Source of the DNA: Planctomycetota bacterium
GTDB taxonomy: Bacteria > Planctomycetota > B15-G4 > JADJEK01
Length of the DNA: 36,762 nt
NCBI GenBank assembly: GCA_044225365.1
Contig: JBGAIQ010000053.1
Span: forward strand, 1-36,762
Direction of reading: 5' to 3'
Every line of letters begins with the position of its first letter. Positions within the stretch are counted from its first letter, which is position 1. The notes below the pieces were generated by a model, which worked only from the letters and a program-made list of their open reading frames with translations, did not search any database and was not told the DNA's origin. Position numbers and translations under genes: made by a program. Positions 1 to 8,744 of the stretch are shown here, in pieces.

Positions 1-239
1 AATCGCCGCCATCGCCGCATTGTGTGTTCGGTGGGATCGCCCTTTGGCGTGCCGTCCCAACCCTCCATGGGATGGATGACGAAGCGATTGGAGATGCGTT
101 TGAAGGTTAGATCGAGCGGCTGCGCGAGCGCGCCGTTCGGATCGACGACGTCATCGCAATCGAGCTCGGGCGCGATCGCCTGGAAGCGGTCGCGGAACTC
201 GGCAACGGTCTTCAGCGTCGCGGGCGTGATTTGGGCCAT
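1..239 (-). CDS. NADH:flavin oxidoreductase / Old Yellow Enzyme family, N-terminal part (runs off the window)
   Basis: Hand translation from ATG at 239: MAQITPATLKTVAEFRDRF...LAQPLDLTFKRISNRFVIHPMEGWDGTPKGDPTEHTMRRWRR. The NRFxxxPMEG segment matches the OYE N-terminal strand. Absent from the ORF track because it is truncated. Confidence 0.8.
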   Translation of the reverse strand, partial: MAQITPATLKTVAEFRDRFQAIAPELDCDDVVDPNGALAQPLDLTFKRISNRFVIHPMEGWDGTPKGDPTEHTMRRWRR

Positions 240-317
240 GACGGGCGGGCGGAGCGTTAGGATGCGAATGCGATTCCGATCGAGAAGCGCCACGATAGCG
301 ATTCAAGTCCATCCGTC

Positions 318-341
318 GTAGGGGCGCACGGCTGTGCGCCC
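318..341 (+). repeat. GTAG-type REP palindrome
   Basis: GTAG + GGGCGCAC-ggct-GTGCGCCC: perfect 8-bp stem after a GTAG tetranucleotide, intergenic. Confidence 0.7.
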
Positions 342-458
342 GGTCGTGGGTACGAAGGACGAAGAGCGGAGCCGCGCTGGAGCGCGGCGGTCCGTTGGGG
401 CGAACGGTGGTGGGTACGAAGGACGAAGAACGGAGCCGCGCTGGAGCGCGGCGGTCCG
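341..458. repeat. Tandem direct repeat (2 x 54 bp, period 64), each unit carrying a REP-like palindrome
   Basis: 341-394 and 405-458 differ at 2 positions. Both contain GCCGCGCT-GG-AGCGCGGC-GGTCC (371-393, 435-457). Confidence 0.9.
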
Positions 459-485
459 GGAGACGATGCTTGGCGATCGGTTTCG

Positions 486-1937
486 TCAGAGGTCGGCCGG
501 CGGAGACCAATCGGGTGCCGGTGTGAATCCTTCCTCGAGGCCCTCGATCGCCGTGCCGTAACCCTTGCACGCCAGCGAGCGCAGCGAGAGGCGTCCCTTG
601 TGGATCCGCAGGAATACGCCGCCGTCGCGCTCTTCGTAGAGGTCGGGATGTTCACGCAAGGCGGCGGCGCGCGTCTGCGGGTCGAGGTGATCGAGCCCGC
701 GGAAGTAATGGTGCCCGTTGCGCTCGATCGAGCCGAGGTGCAGCGCGGCGGCGGTCGCGAGATCCTGCTGCAGCGCGACGATCGGCAGGTTCGTCAGGTC
801 CTCGCCGGACTGGAAGCCGCGTCCCGTGCGCTCGATCAGGGCGCGATGGGCGAGTGCGCGGAAGACGCCTTTGCAGTTCTTCATCGAGACGCCGCGATAG
901 CCGAGATCGAGCGCGCGACGGAAGGCTTCCGGTTCGCCGTCCGCCTCGTCGAGGATGACGCCGCCGAAGCGATCGAGACGCTCGATCCCCTGATTCGAAG
1001 CGGCGTCGAACGTGACTCCGCGCGGCAAGGGCTGTTCGATGTAGAGGAGATGCGAGAAGAGCTCGCGGCCAACGGGGCGCGAAGCGAGCATCTCGAGGAG
1101 GTCGACGAGATCCTGCATCCGGGCGAACTGCTCGTTGCCGTCGAGCGTGAACTTCCAATCGGTCCGCACTGCCCGCTTCAGGATGCCGCCGATCGCGAGC
1201 AATCGCGACGCGTCCTTGTCGACATCGCCGCAGAGCTTGATCTTGAAGTGCTCGAGCTCATCGCGCTCGACCGTGGCTTTGAGAGTCCTCGGACAACCGT
1301 CGTCGGGCTCGCGCGCAGTGAGGTCGCCTTCGACGAGCGGATCGAGCAGCCCGACCGTGTGGCGCAGTCGAACGGACTCGAGCGGGGCCGCGGGGAGATG
1401 CGTCGCCGCGCTCCATGCACGGGTCCCGGCCCCAGTCCCTGCGTAGATCTCCTCGGGCCTGAAGCCGAACCGATCGCTCTTCAGGGCTTCGAAGAAGGAA
1501 ATGCCGAGCGCGCGGCAGACCGCGTCGAGCGTCGCGCGCTCGACGAGACTCGTGCCGAAACCGGTGACGAGCGGGGGCACGTTGGGATTTGCCGCTCGTT
1601 GCGACGTCCAGATCCCGTGCCATAGCGCGAAGGCAGTATCCGGATCCCGCGACAGGACGTCCTGCATCGCGCGTTCGACGCTCGCGAGCAGTGCGGCGAC
1701 GTCGTCGCGCGGGGTCTTGTCCTTGTCCTTCTCGAACCACTTCGGAACCACGAGGTCCGAGGCGTATCCGACGGCCTTGCGCCCGTCGACCTCCGCCTCG
1801 ACGCGCAGCAGAGCCAAAGGCGCGGTGACGAGCGTGTGCACGCCGAAGCGAAAGGGCTGCCGCGTGCGACAGTTCTTCAGGAACAGCGCGGCGGAGACGA
1901 CTCGAACGCGACAAGCGGAATTCTGCGAAGGCGACAT
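486..1937 (-). CDS. Enolase superfamily (mandelate racemase/muconate lactonizing-like) enzyme, substrate unknown
   Basis: C-terminal 483 aa of ORF 486..3161, start at MSPSQNS (ATG 1937). KxK motif FKIKL, metal ligands LDGNE / IEQP / LDE, later SMKNCKG and ERNGHHY. Confidence 0.8.
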   Translation of the reverse strand: MSPSQNSACRVRVVSAALFLKNCRTRQPFRFGVHTLVTAPLALLRVEAEVDGRKAVGYASDLVVPKWFEKDKDKTPRDDVAALLASVERAMQDVLSRDPDTAFALWHGIWTSQRAANPNVPPLVTGFGTSLVERATLDAVCRALGISFFEALKSDRFGFRPEEIYAGTGAGTRAWSAATHLPAAPLESVRLRHTVGLLDPLVEGDLTAREPDDGCPRTLKATVERDELEHFKIKLCGDVDKDASRLLAIGGILKRAVRTDWKFTLDGNEQFARMQDLVDLLEMLASRPVGRELFSHLLYIEQPLPRGVTFDAASNQGIERLDRFGGVILDEADGEPEAFRRALDLGYRGVSMKNCKGVFRALAHRALIERTGRGFQSGEDLTNLPIVALQQDLATAAALHLGSIERNGHHYFRGLDHLDPQTRAAALREHPDLYEERDGGVFLRIHKGRLSLRSLACKGYGTAIEGLEEGFTPAPDWSPPADL

Positions 1938-1970
1938 CCACAGGATCCTAACGCTACTATGCCGGGCTGC

Positions 1971-2921
1971 ATGTCTGCTCCAACGACAGAGAGCGCAGGG
2001 ACCCTCGAAGCTCCGAACCGAATCGCGGGTGCGACACGAGGCGTCGCATACGCCGTGATCGCTGCCTTCGGCTTTGCGCTCATGGGCTTTTGCGTCCACG
2101 ACGCCAAGGGCGCGATGACGGGGACGAGTCTCGCGCTCTGGCGCGGCGTCGTCTCGTGCATCTTCCTGCTGCCCGTCGTATGGCGCGACCTGCCCCGTCT
2201 CTTCCAGCCGGGGGGCGGCTGGTTGTGGATGCGCAGTGCGGCGGGCGCGGGCTCCGTACTCTCGTTCTTCTGGACGCTCCAGCACACCGCGCTCTCGGCG
2301 GCGCGCGCACTCGCCGACATGGCGCCCGCATTCGTCTGCGTGCTCGCGTGGCTGCGCGGCGTCGAGCGACCGTCGCTCACGCAATCGTTCGTCATCGCGC
2401 TGATGACGACCGCGGCGGTCTCGCTCGATCTCGGCGCCGTGAAGAATCTGTCGACGACGACAGCGATCATCGGCTTCTGCGGCGCCTTCAGCGCGAGCCT
2501 CGCTTATGTGGCATTGCGGCGCGCCGCGCAGCGATTTACGAATTCGCTCGTCGTCTTCACGCTCGGCGTCGGCCTGATCCTCGGCGCGCCGCTCGTGCCG
2601 GGCGAATCGATCACTCTTCCGTCGTACGCCACGTTGCTTCCGATCGTCGGCGTGGGCGTCCTCGGGCTCGCGGCGCAGCTCGTCTTCACTCGGGCCTTCG
2701 TCCACCTGTCGGCGCCGGTGGCGAGTGCGCTCTCGGTGACCGCCCTCATCTTCAGCGTCCTGCTCGACGCTCTCGTCGTCCACAACGTCCCGTCGCCGTA
2801 CGCGATCTTCTGCTACGCGGCGATCATGACCGGCGCAGTGACTCTCCACATCCTCGAACTGCGGCTGCGGAAGAAGGCCGCTCTCGAACTCACGCCCGAT
2901 TCCGAAACTCCGATCGACTGA
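1971..2921 (+). CDS. DMT/EamA family transporter
   Basis: About 10 hydrophobic segments in two EamA-like halves (LWRGVV...P; APAFVCVLAWLRGVER; LAAQLVFTRAF). Start at 1971 or 1959. Confidence 0.85.
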   Translation: MSAPTTESAGTLEAPNRIAGATRGVAYAVIAAFGFALMGFCVHDAKGAMTGTSLALWRGVVSCIFLLPVVWRDLPRLFQPGGGWLWMRSAAGAGSVLSFFWTLQHTALSAARALADMAPAFVCVLAWLRGVERPSLTQSFVIALMTTAAVSLDLGAVKNLSTTTAIIGFCGAFSASLAYVALRRAAQRFTNSLVVFTLGVGLILGAPLVPGESITLPSYATLLPIVGVGVLGLAAQLVFTRAFVHLSAPVASALSVTALIFSVLLDALVVHNVPSPYAIFCYAAIMTGAVTLHILELRLRKKAALELTPDSETPID

Positions 2922-2944
2922 ACTCGCGCGGGAGCCATCGACCC

Positions 2945-4717
2945 ATGAAGAACTTCGTGAAGCAGGTCCTCGCGACGATCGTCGCCATTCTGCTCGTCCT
3001 CGTCGGCATCGTCGCCGTCGTCGCGGGAATCGTTGCGAGCGCGTCGCGTCCGACGCAGCCTGCACGCGGCATCCTGACGATCGACCTCGGCAAGGAGCTG
3101 TCGGATCGCGGAGGCGCGACGACGCTGATGCAGAAGGCCCAGGGCAGCGATCGATTCGCACTACCCCTGCACGAAGCGATCGCGGCGTTGAAGCGCGCAG
3201 AGAAGGATGACGCCATCCAAGGTGTCCTGCTTCACGGAGGCGTCACGGGCGGACTCTCGTTGCTGCGCGAATTCCGCAATGCCCTCCTCGAGTTCAAGAA
3301 GTCCAAGAAGCCGGTAACGGCGTACTTCCCCGATTACGACGACACCACCTACTACGTCGCGTCCGTCGCGAGCGAGATCGTGATCGCGCCGCTCGGCGTG
3401 GTGACGCTCGACGGGCTGAAGGCGGAAGTCCTGTACTTCAAGGACGCGATCGAGAAGTTCGGTTTCGACGTTCAGGTTTCGCGCGTCGGCAAGTTCAAGT
3501 CGGCGGTCGAGCCCTTCCTCGCGAGTTCGATGAGCGATGCGAACCGCGAGCAGCTCGAAGCCATGCTGCACGACATGAGCGAGATGATGATCGCGGACGA
3601 GGCGGCGTCGCGCGGCGTCGAGCCGACCCTGCTCGCGAGCGTCGCATCGAAGTCGCCCATGCTGAACGCCGACGACGCCATTGCAGCGAAACTCATCGAT
3701 CGCGTCGAAGCGTTCTCACAACTCTCCTCGACTCTGCGCAAGATCGCGGGCGAGTCGAAGGCGGACGGATCGTTCCTCCAGGTCTCGCTCGGGGACTACG
3801 CGAAGAAGGAACGGGGGCACGCCACGGACGGGCCGCGCGTCGTCGCGGTCGCTTTCGCCGAAGGCGAGATCAAGGATGGCGAGGGCGAGGACGGCGTGTT
3901 CGGCGACACGCTCGCGAAGCAGCTACGTCAGCTCGTTCGCGACGACAACGTGAAAGCGATCGTCCTCCGCGTCAACTCGCCGGGCGGCAGCGCGAGTGCG
4001 TCGGAGGTGATCCTCGATGAAGTACGGCGCGCGAAGGCGGCCGGAAAACCCGTCGTCGTCTCGATGGGCGATCTCGCGGCGTCGGGCGGATACTGGATCT
4101 CCTCGCTCGCCGACGCGATCGTCGCGCAGCCGTCGACGCTCACGGGCTCCATCGGCGTGTTCGGGATGTTCCCGAACGCGGAGAAGGTCGCGGCCGAGAT
4201 GGGCGTGCACCGCGAGGTCGTCAAGACGGCGCCGTACGCCGATTCGTCGAGCCTCCTGCGCAGGAAGACGCCGGACGAACTCGCGCAGATCCAACATGTG
4301 ATCGACGGTATCTACGACCGATTCCTCGACCACGTCGCGGAGGGTCGAAAGAAGGAGAAGTCGGCCGTGCACGAGATCGCGCAAGGACGGGTCTGGACGG
4401 GAAAACGCGCGCTCGAACTCGGCCTCGTCGACGTCCTCGGCGGCCTCGACGACGCCATCGCGCTCGCGGCGAGCAAGGCATCGCTCGGGGCCGACTTCAC
4501 GGTGTCGTATCAGGCGCCCGAGGAAGGGAAGCTCGCGAAGTTCTTGAAGGCCTTCGATTCGGACGACGCGCCGCTCGCGAGCGTGGCGTCGTTGGCCGGG
4601 ATCCCCCGCGTTCCGCGCGGGTTCGAGCGCCCCATGCAGGACGTCGCGAGCGTGCTCGAACTCCTCGCCGACGAGCGTGTCCAGGCGCGCATGGGATTCC
4701 TCATCGACGTGCGGTAG
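2945..4717 (+). CDS. sppA: Signal peptide peptidase SppA (protease IV, 67K type)
   Basis: N-terminal TM anchor; RVGKFKSAVEPF (catalytic Lys), LRVNSPGGS, SMGDLAASGGYWI (catalytic Ser), TGSIGV, IAQGRVWTG. Start MKNFVKQ. Confidence 0.95.
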   Translation: MKNFVKQVLATIVAILLVLVGIVAVVAGIVASASRPTQPARGILTIDLGKELSDRGGATTLMQKAQGSDRFALPLHEAIAALKRAEKDDAIQGVLLHGGVTGGLSLLREFRNALLEFKKSKKPVTAYFPDYDDTTYYVASVASEIVIAPLGVVTLDGLKAEVLYFKDAIEKFGFDVQVSRVGKFKSAVEPFLASSMSDANREQLEAMLHDMSEMMIADEAASRGVEPTLLASVASKSPMLNADDAIAAKLIDRVEAFSQLSSTLRKIAGESKADGSFLQVSLGDYAKKERGHATDGPRVVAVAFAEGEIKDGEGEDGVFGDTLAKQLRQLVRDDNVKAIVLRVNSPGGSASASEVILDEVRRAKAAGKPVVVSMGDLAASGGYWISSLADAIVAQPSTLTGSIGVFGMFPNAEKVAAEMGVHREVVKTAPYADSSSLLRRKTPDELAQIQHVIDGIYDRFLDHVAEGRKKEKSAVHEIAQGRVWTGKRALELGLVDVLGGLDDAIALAASKASLGADFTVSYQAPEEGKLAKFLKAFDSDDAPLASVASLAGIPRVPRGFERPMQDVASVLELLADERVQARMGFLIDVR

Positions 4718-4786
4718 GATCTGCGAGCGGTCGCGACGGGGTGCGTCGACGCGCTCGATATCAACACGCCCATCGAGAGGATTCGG

Positions 4787-5338
4787 ATGGAATCGGGAAC
4801 CGCCTGTTCTCGCTGTGGTGCGATGCCGCAGGCCGAAGGAGAACGATTCTGTGGGCAATGCGGAAATGCTCGAGCCATTTCGGGAAATGCCGAAGCTGGC
4901 GCGGCGCCAACGGGCTTCGATGACTCCGCCGCAACGGAAGCCCGGCTAACGGAGCTGGAAAAGCAATCGAACAACGCGGCGTCCGCGCTCAGGATCGTCG
5001 CCATCGTGTACTTCATCTCGGCGGTCGTCACGTACTTCACGTTTGGCGGCGACGGCAGCTCCGCGGAGGCGAAATCGACGGCGCAGCTCATGTGCGGCCT
5101 CACTGCGGGTGTCGGCGTTCTCTTCCTGGTCCTGAATGTCTGGTCGCGGCGCAATCCTCTGCCGGCAGTCGCAAGTGGTCTCGTCGTCTACGCGACGTTG
5201 ATCGTGCTCAATGCCCTTGCGGATCCCGCGACGTTGGCAAAGGGTCTCTTGCTCAAGATCATTATCCTCTACGCCTTGGTACGAGGTCTGAAGGCGGCGA
5301 TCCAGTACCGCGCGATGCAACAAGCGTCGATCGCCTGA
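4787..5338 (+). CDS. Zinc-ribbon domain membrane protein
   Basis: N-terminal CSRC...FCGQCG followed by about 4 TM helices; GAGAGG SD upstream. Confidence 0.75.
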   Translation: MESGTACSRCGAMPQAEGERFCGQCGNARAISGNAEAGAAPTGFDDSAATEARLTELEKQSNNAASALRIVAIVYFISAVVTYFTFGGDGSSAEAKSTAQLMCGLTAGVGVLFLVLNVWSRRNPLPAVASGLVVYATLIVLNALADPATLAKGLLLKIIILYALVRGLKAAIQYRAMQQASIA

Positions 5339-5339
5339 G

Positions 5340-6119
5340 ATGGACGACTTGCCCGACATCGACTCCAAGATTGCGTACTCGCATCCGGAAGGGGTCCTGC
5401 GATTCTGTACTCGATGCGGTGCCGAACTCGATGGCGCGACGCAGGCATGTTCCGCGTGCGACCGCAAAGCGACCGCGGCCGCACGTTCCGATCACGAGCT
5501 GCGACTGCTCCGGATCTCGGCGGTGCTGTACGGTCTCTATCTCGCGTCCATCATCGTAGTCGGATTCGCGTTCGAGCCGGAAGCGCGCGCGGTCCTCGTG
5601 GGCGATGCGATCACGACGCTGTTCGTCGTCGGCTTCGCGATCGGGATGCGACGAATGCTCGTGGAGCAACTGCGGCTCCGCGCAGCCGGGAAGTGGTTCG
5701 CGTTGGCGACGATCGCTGCGCCGATCACGTACTTCATCGCGTCACGCGCCGTCGGATTCATGCACCAGCGATTCGCGATTCCGGTCGAGAAATACCTCAC
5801 GACGTTCACGGATGCGGGGTACGGCCTTTGGCCGGCTTTCATCTCATTGTGCGTCGTCCCCCCGTTGATCGAAGAACTCGCGTTCCGGGGAGTCATTCTG
5901 GGCGGGCTGCTGCAAGTCGTCGACCGGCGAAGCGCCGTCATCGTGAGCGCAGTCGCTTTCGCGATCCTTCATCTCAGCATCGTGAGCTTCCCCCATCTCC
6001 TGTTGCTCGGTCTCCTGCTCGGAGGCTTACGAATCACGAGCGGATCCCTCCTCCCGGGGATGCTCCTGCATTTGCTGCATAATGGGCTTTGCGGGTACAC
6101 CGAATACCTCCACGGTTGA
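5340..6119 (+). CDS. CPBP (CAAX/Abi) intramembrane glutamic protease with N-terminal zinc ribbon
   Basis: EExxxR (IEELAFRG), FxxxH (FAILH) and HxxxN (HLLHN) motifs; N-terminal CTRC...CSAC; starts 1 nt after the upstream stop. Confidence 0.9.
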   Translation: MDDLPDIDSKIAYSHPEGVLRFCTRCGAELDGATQACSACDRKATAAARSDHELRLLRISAVLYGLYLASIIVVGFAFEPEARAVLVGDAITTLFVVGFAIGMRRMLVEQLRLRAAGKWFALATIAAPITYFIASRAVGFMHQRFAIPVEKYLTTFTDAGYGLWPAFISLCVVPPLIEELAFRGVILGGLLQVVDRRSAVIVSAVAFAILHLSIVSFPHLLLLGLLLGGLRITSGSLLPGMLLHLLHNGLCGYTEYLHG

Positions 6120-6204
6120 AGCCGAGCGTTCGGCAAGGGTCTTCGACGAGAATTCGAGGAAGGCCGTCGTCGATTTGCGACTCGCCTCCGTCTTCATGTC
6201 GTGC

Positions 6205-6227
6205 GAACCCGCATGGCACGTCTTCGT
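6205..6227 (+). promoter_or_regulatory. Possible ECF-type promoter (GAAC-N16-CGT) upstream of the sigma gene
   Basis: GAAC at 6205-6208, 16-nt spacer, CGT at 6225-6227, about 30 nt before ATG 6260. Short motif that could arise by chance. Confidence 0.25.
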
Positions 6228-6259
6228 GACGTCAGCGCGTTCTTTGCGAATCGAGTGCG

Positions 6260-6856
6260 ATGGACCAGGATCTCGGCGAGCATCTACGACGAGCGGCGCA
6301 GGGTGATCGCCCCGCGCTCGAGCGTCTGTTGCGGCGGCTCGATGCGAGAGTCCTCCATCTCGCGTATCGATTGCTCGGGAACGCTGACGACGCGAAGGAC
6401 GTGCGACAGTGGGTGCTGCTCAAGGTGACTCGGTCGCTCTCGAGCGTGGCGTCGAGCGACGCGTTCGAGGGCTGGTTGCGGCGCGTGGTCGTCAACGCCT
6501 GTCGCGATCGTCAGCGCGAGCGCGCTTCGCAGGCTCGACTCGTGGCGCGAGTCGAAGGAACGATCGAGGATTCATCGCCTTGCTCGTCCTCGCTCGTCGA
6601 GCGCGACGAGATGGGCGAGCGCGTCGCCGTCGCGGTGAGCGAGTTGCCACACGACGAGCGCGAAGTGCTCGTGCTGCGCCACTACGAGGGATTGTCGTTC
6701 CCGAGGATCGCCGAGTTGCTCGGTGCTCCGGAGACGACCCTGAAGTCGCGGTTCTCTCGCGCACTGCTTCGCGTCGCCGAACGACTGGGTCGGACGGATC
6801 CACGGTCCGTCTCGGAGGTCGAGCGGTCGCGCGCGGCGGCGAGGGATCGAACGTGA
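6260..6856 (+). CDS. ECF RNA polymerase sigma factor
   Basis: Region 2 (DAKDVRQ...FEGWLRRVVVNACRD) and region 4 (LPHDEREVLVLRHYEGLSFPRIAELLG...TLKSR). Confidence 0.93.
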   Translation: MDQDLGEHLRRAAQGDRPALERLLRRLDARVLHLAYRLLGNADDAKDVRQWVLLKVTRSLSSVASSDAFEGWLRRVVVNACRDRQRERASQARLVARVEGTIEDSSPCSSSLVERDEMGERVAVAVSELPHDEREVLVLRHYEGLSFPRIAELLGAPETTLKSRFSRALLRVAERLGRTDPRSVSEVERSRAAARDRT

Positions 6857-6881
6857 ATGCTCGGAGTCATTAGAGGCCGTC

Positions 6882-7514
6882 ATGGACTGTCGTGAAATTC
6901 GTGCCCTGCTTTCCCTTCACGCGTACGGCGATGCCGAGCCGTCGGTCGCGATCGAGCAGCATCTCGCATCGTGCGCTCCTTGCGCCGCCGTCCATGCTTC
7001 GCTGGTCGCTTCGCGCGAGTCGCTCTCGACCTGGGCGCCGATCGAAGATCCCGCCGATGTGTCGACGATCGCCGCTGCCGGCGAAGCGTTCATCGCCGAG
7101 AGGCGGCGCACGAAGCGGCGCCCGTTCCTCGTGGCGGCCTACGGAATCGCGGCGGGCCTCGTCGCTTTCGTCACGGCGAGCGCCGTGGGAACGACGATCG
7201 AACGCGGCGACGGCACGCTGCGCATCACGTTCGGTTCGTCCGCGACGGCGGAGACGAAGGTGCGATTCGACGACGCCGCCCTGCGAGAGATCGTGGCGTC
7301 GGAAGTCGGCGAGCGATTCGCTGCGTCCCTCAACCAATTCGCGGACGTCGCGAATGGATGGAATGCCGCGCAGCAGGAGCGATACGCCGACGTGTTGCGC
7401 GCGATGCAGGTCGAGACGGAACGACAACGCGTGAGCGAGTCGATTCGCACCCAGGATCTGATGGACGGAATGATGCAGGTCGTCTCCTTCAAGGGACAGC
7501 CGCATCGACCCTGA
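6882..7514 (+). CDS. Zinc-binding (zf-HC2/ZAS) transmembrane anti-sigma factor
   Basis: MDC...HLASCAPC (HxxxCxxC), one TM segment, helical C-terminal domain, directly after the ECF sigma. Confidence 0.85.
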   Translation: MDCREIRALLSLHAYGDAEPSVAIEQHLASCAPCAAVHASLVASRESLSTWAPIEDPADVSTIAAAGEAFIAERRRTKRRPFLVAAYGIAAGLVAFVTASAVGTTIERGDGTLRITFGSSATAETKVRFDDAALREIVASEVGERFAASLNQFADVANGWNAAQQERYADVLRAMQVETERQRVSESIRTQDLMDGMMQVVSFKGQPHRP

Positions 7515-7539
7515 TTCGATGAATCCTTGGACTTCATTC

Positions 7540-7668
7540 GGACCGCCGGGCTCCAGCCCGGCTCTTCGCTTGCGATCCAACGAGCGACTGGGACTGCCGG
7601 GCTCCAGTCCGGCTCTTCTCTTGCGATACATCACGCTCCCAAGGAGCCGGGCGGGAGCCCGGCGCTCC
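7540..7668. repeat. REP cluster, 3 palindromes (two direct, one inverted)
   Basis: GGACC-GCCGGGCTCCAGCCCGGC (7540-7562) and GGACT-GCCGGGCTCCAGTCCGGC (7591-7613), both followed by a near-identical TCTTC..TTGCGAT tail (period 51). Inverted copy GCCGGGCGGGAGCCCGGC-GCTCC at 7646-7668. Confidence 0.88.
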
Positions 7669-7724
7669 CAGTGAGGAGCGGAACGACTCTTAGGACTCTC
7701 ACATTGAAACGAAAGGTAGGACTC

Positions 7725-8726
7725 ATGAACTCGAAGATCGCTCTGACCGGAATCGCAGTCGTTCTATCCGCCGTCGGATTCGCGCAATCACCCGCCGCGT
7801 CGCGCAGCGACGCAAGGATCGCGGGCGCCGCGGTGCAAGAGAGCGCAGAGGACGTCGAAACGCTCCGAGTGTTGCTCACGAAGGAGCTGAACTCGCGTCT
7901 CGCGCGACCCGCGACCGATCCCCGGGGATCCCTCACGTATCGCGTCTTGCCGAAGTCGAAAGTCGTACAGGGTCGACTCGAGGGCGACGCGCCCGAGAAG
8001 CCGGAGAGCAACGAAGGCGCGTCCGGGGAGCCGAACAAGGAAGAGACGGCCGAAGGCGGCTCGGTTCCGTTGCTGAGCGAATTGCCCGTCTTGGGGTCGC
8101 AGTTCACCAATCCCGGTGGGTTCGACGTGTTCACCCTGAACAACGCCACGTCGTACACGCGTAGCTTCTACGCTCCGGGCGTGGGCGGTTGGATCGATAC
8201 GAGCGTAACGATTCCGATCCGCTATCGGTCCGTGAAGGCGAAGAGCGCCGACGACAAGGGAGAACGTGACGACGCGTGGAATCGGGCGAAGCAGGAGGTT
8301 CAGGGCGAGAAGGACTCCGAAGGCGCGAAGGCGCGAAGGAAGACGACGGAGCTGCGTTCGGAGCTCGACAAGGAGTCCATCGAGAAGGCGACCGACGCGG
8401 TGGTCACGGTGCTTGCGAAGTACGGCGCACGCGTTCGCAATCTCGGAGACGACGAGAGCATCGTGATCGCGCTCAAACTGGAGGGCGAAGCCGGCATCGC
8501 GACGAGCCTTTGGCAGAGCACGGACAACGGCGACGTGAAGCCGCTCAACTCCCTGATGGCCGGGCGGTACTACGTCGAAACGGATGGAGTCAACCTCGGG
8601 AGCCGCTCGTCACCGCATTCGGAGACCCTCATCGTCCGTGCGCCTCGCGCGCTCCTCGAGTCGGTGAAGGCCGGCGACATCGACCAGGAAGCGTTCCGCA
8701 AGCGGCTCGTCATCACGAGATATTGA
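7725..8726 (+). CDS. Exported hypothetical protein
   Basis: Start MNSKIALTG after an AAAGGTAGG SD; signal peptide ending VGFA-Q. The ORF-track 5' extension only reads through the REP cluster. Confidence 0.8.
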   Translation: MNSKIALTGIAVVLSAVGFAQSPAASRSDARIAGAAVQESAEDVETLRVLLTKELNSRLARPATDPRGSLTYRVLPKSKVVQGRLEGDAPEKPESNEGASGEPNKEETAEGGSVPLLSELPVLGSQFTNPGGFDVFTLNNATSYTRSFYAPGVGGWIDTSVTIPIRYRSVKAKSADDKGERDDAWNRAKQEVQGEKDSEGAKARRKTTELRSELDKESIEKATDAVVTVLAKYGARVRNLGDDESIVIALKLEGEAGIATSLWQSTDNGDVKPLNSLMAGRYYVETDGVNLGSRSSPHSETLIVRAPRALLESVKAGDIDQEAFRKRLVITRY

Positions 8727-8744
8727 CCGCTCTCGCGCTTTGCT

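Noticed and set aside
341-458. CRISPR array
   Set aside because: Only two units, repeat 54 bp with a 10-nt gap, no cas genes, and the core palindrome recurs elsewhere as a REP.
1938-3161. N-terminal 408 aa of the 891-aa ORF
   Set aside because: Antisense shadow of the DMT gene and the sppA start; Arg-rich with no recognisable domain. The enolase domain begins at 1937.
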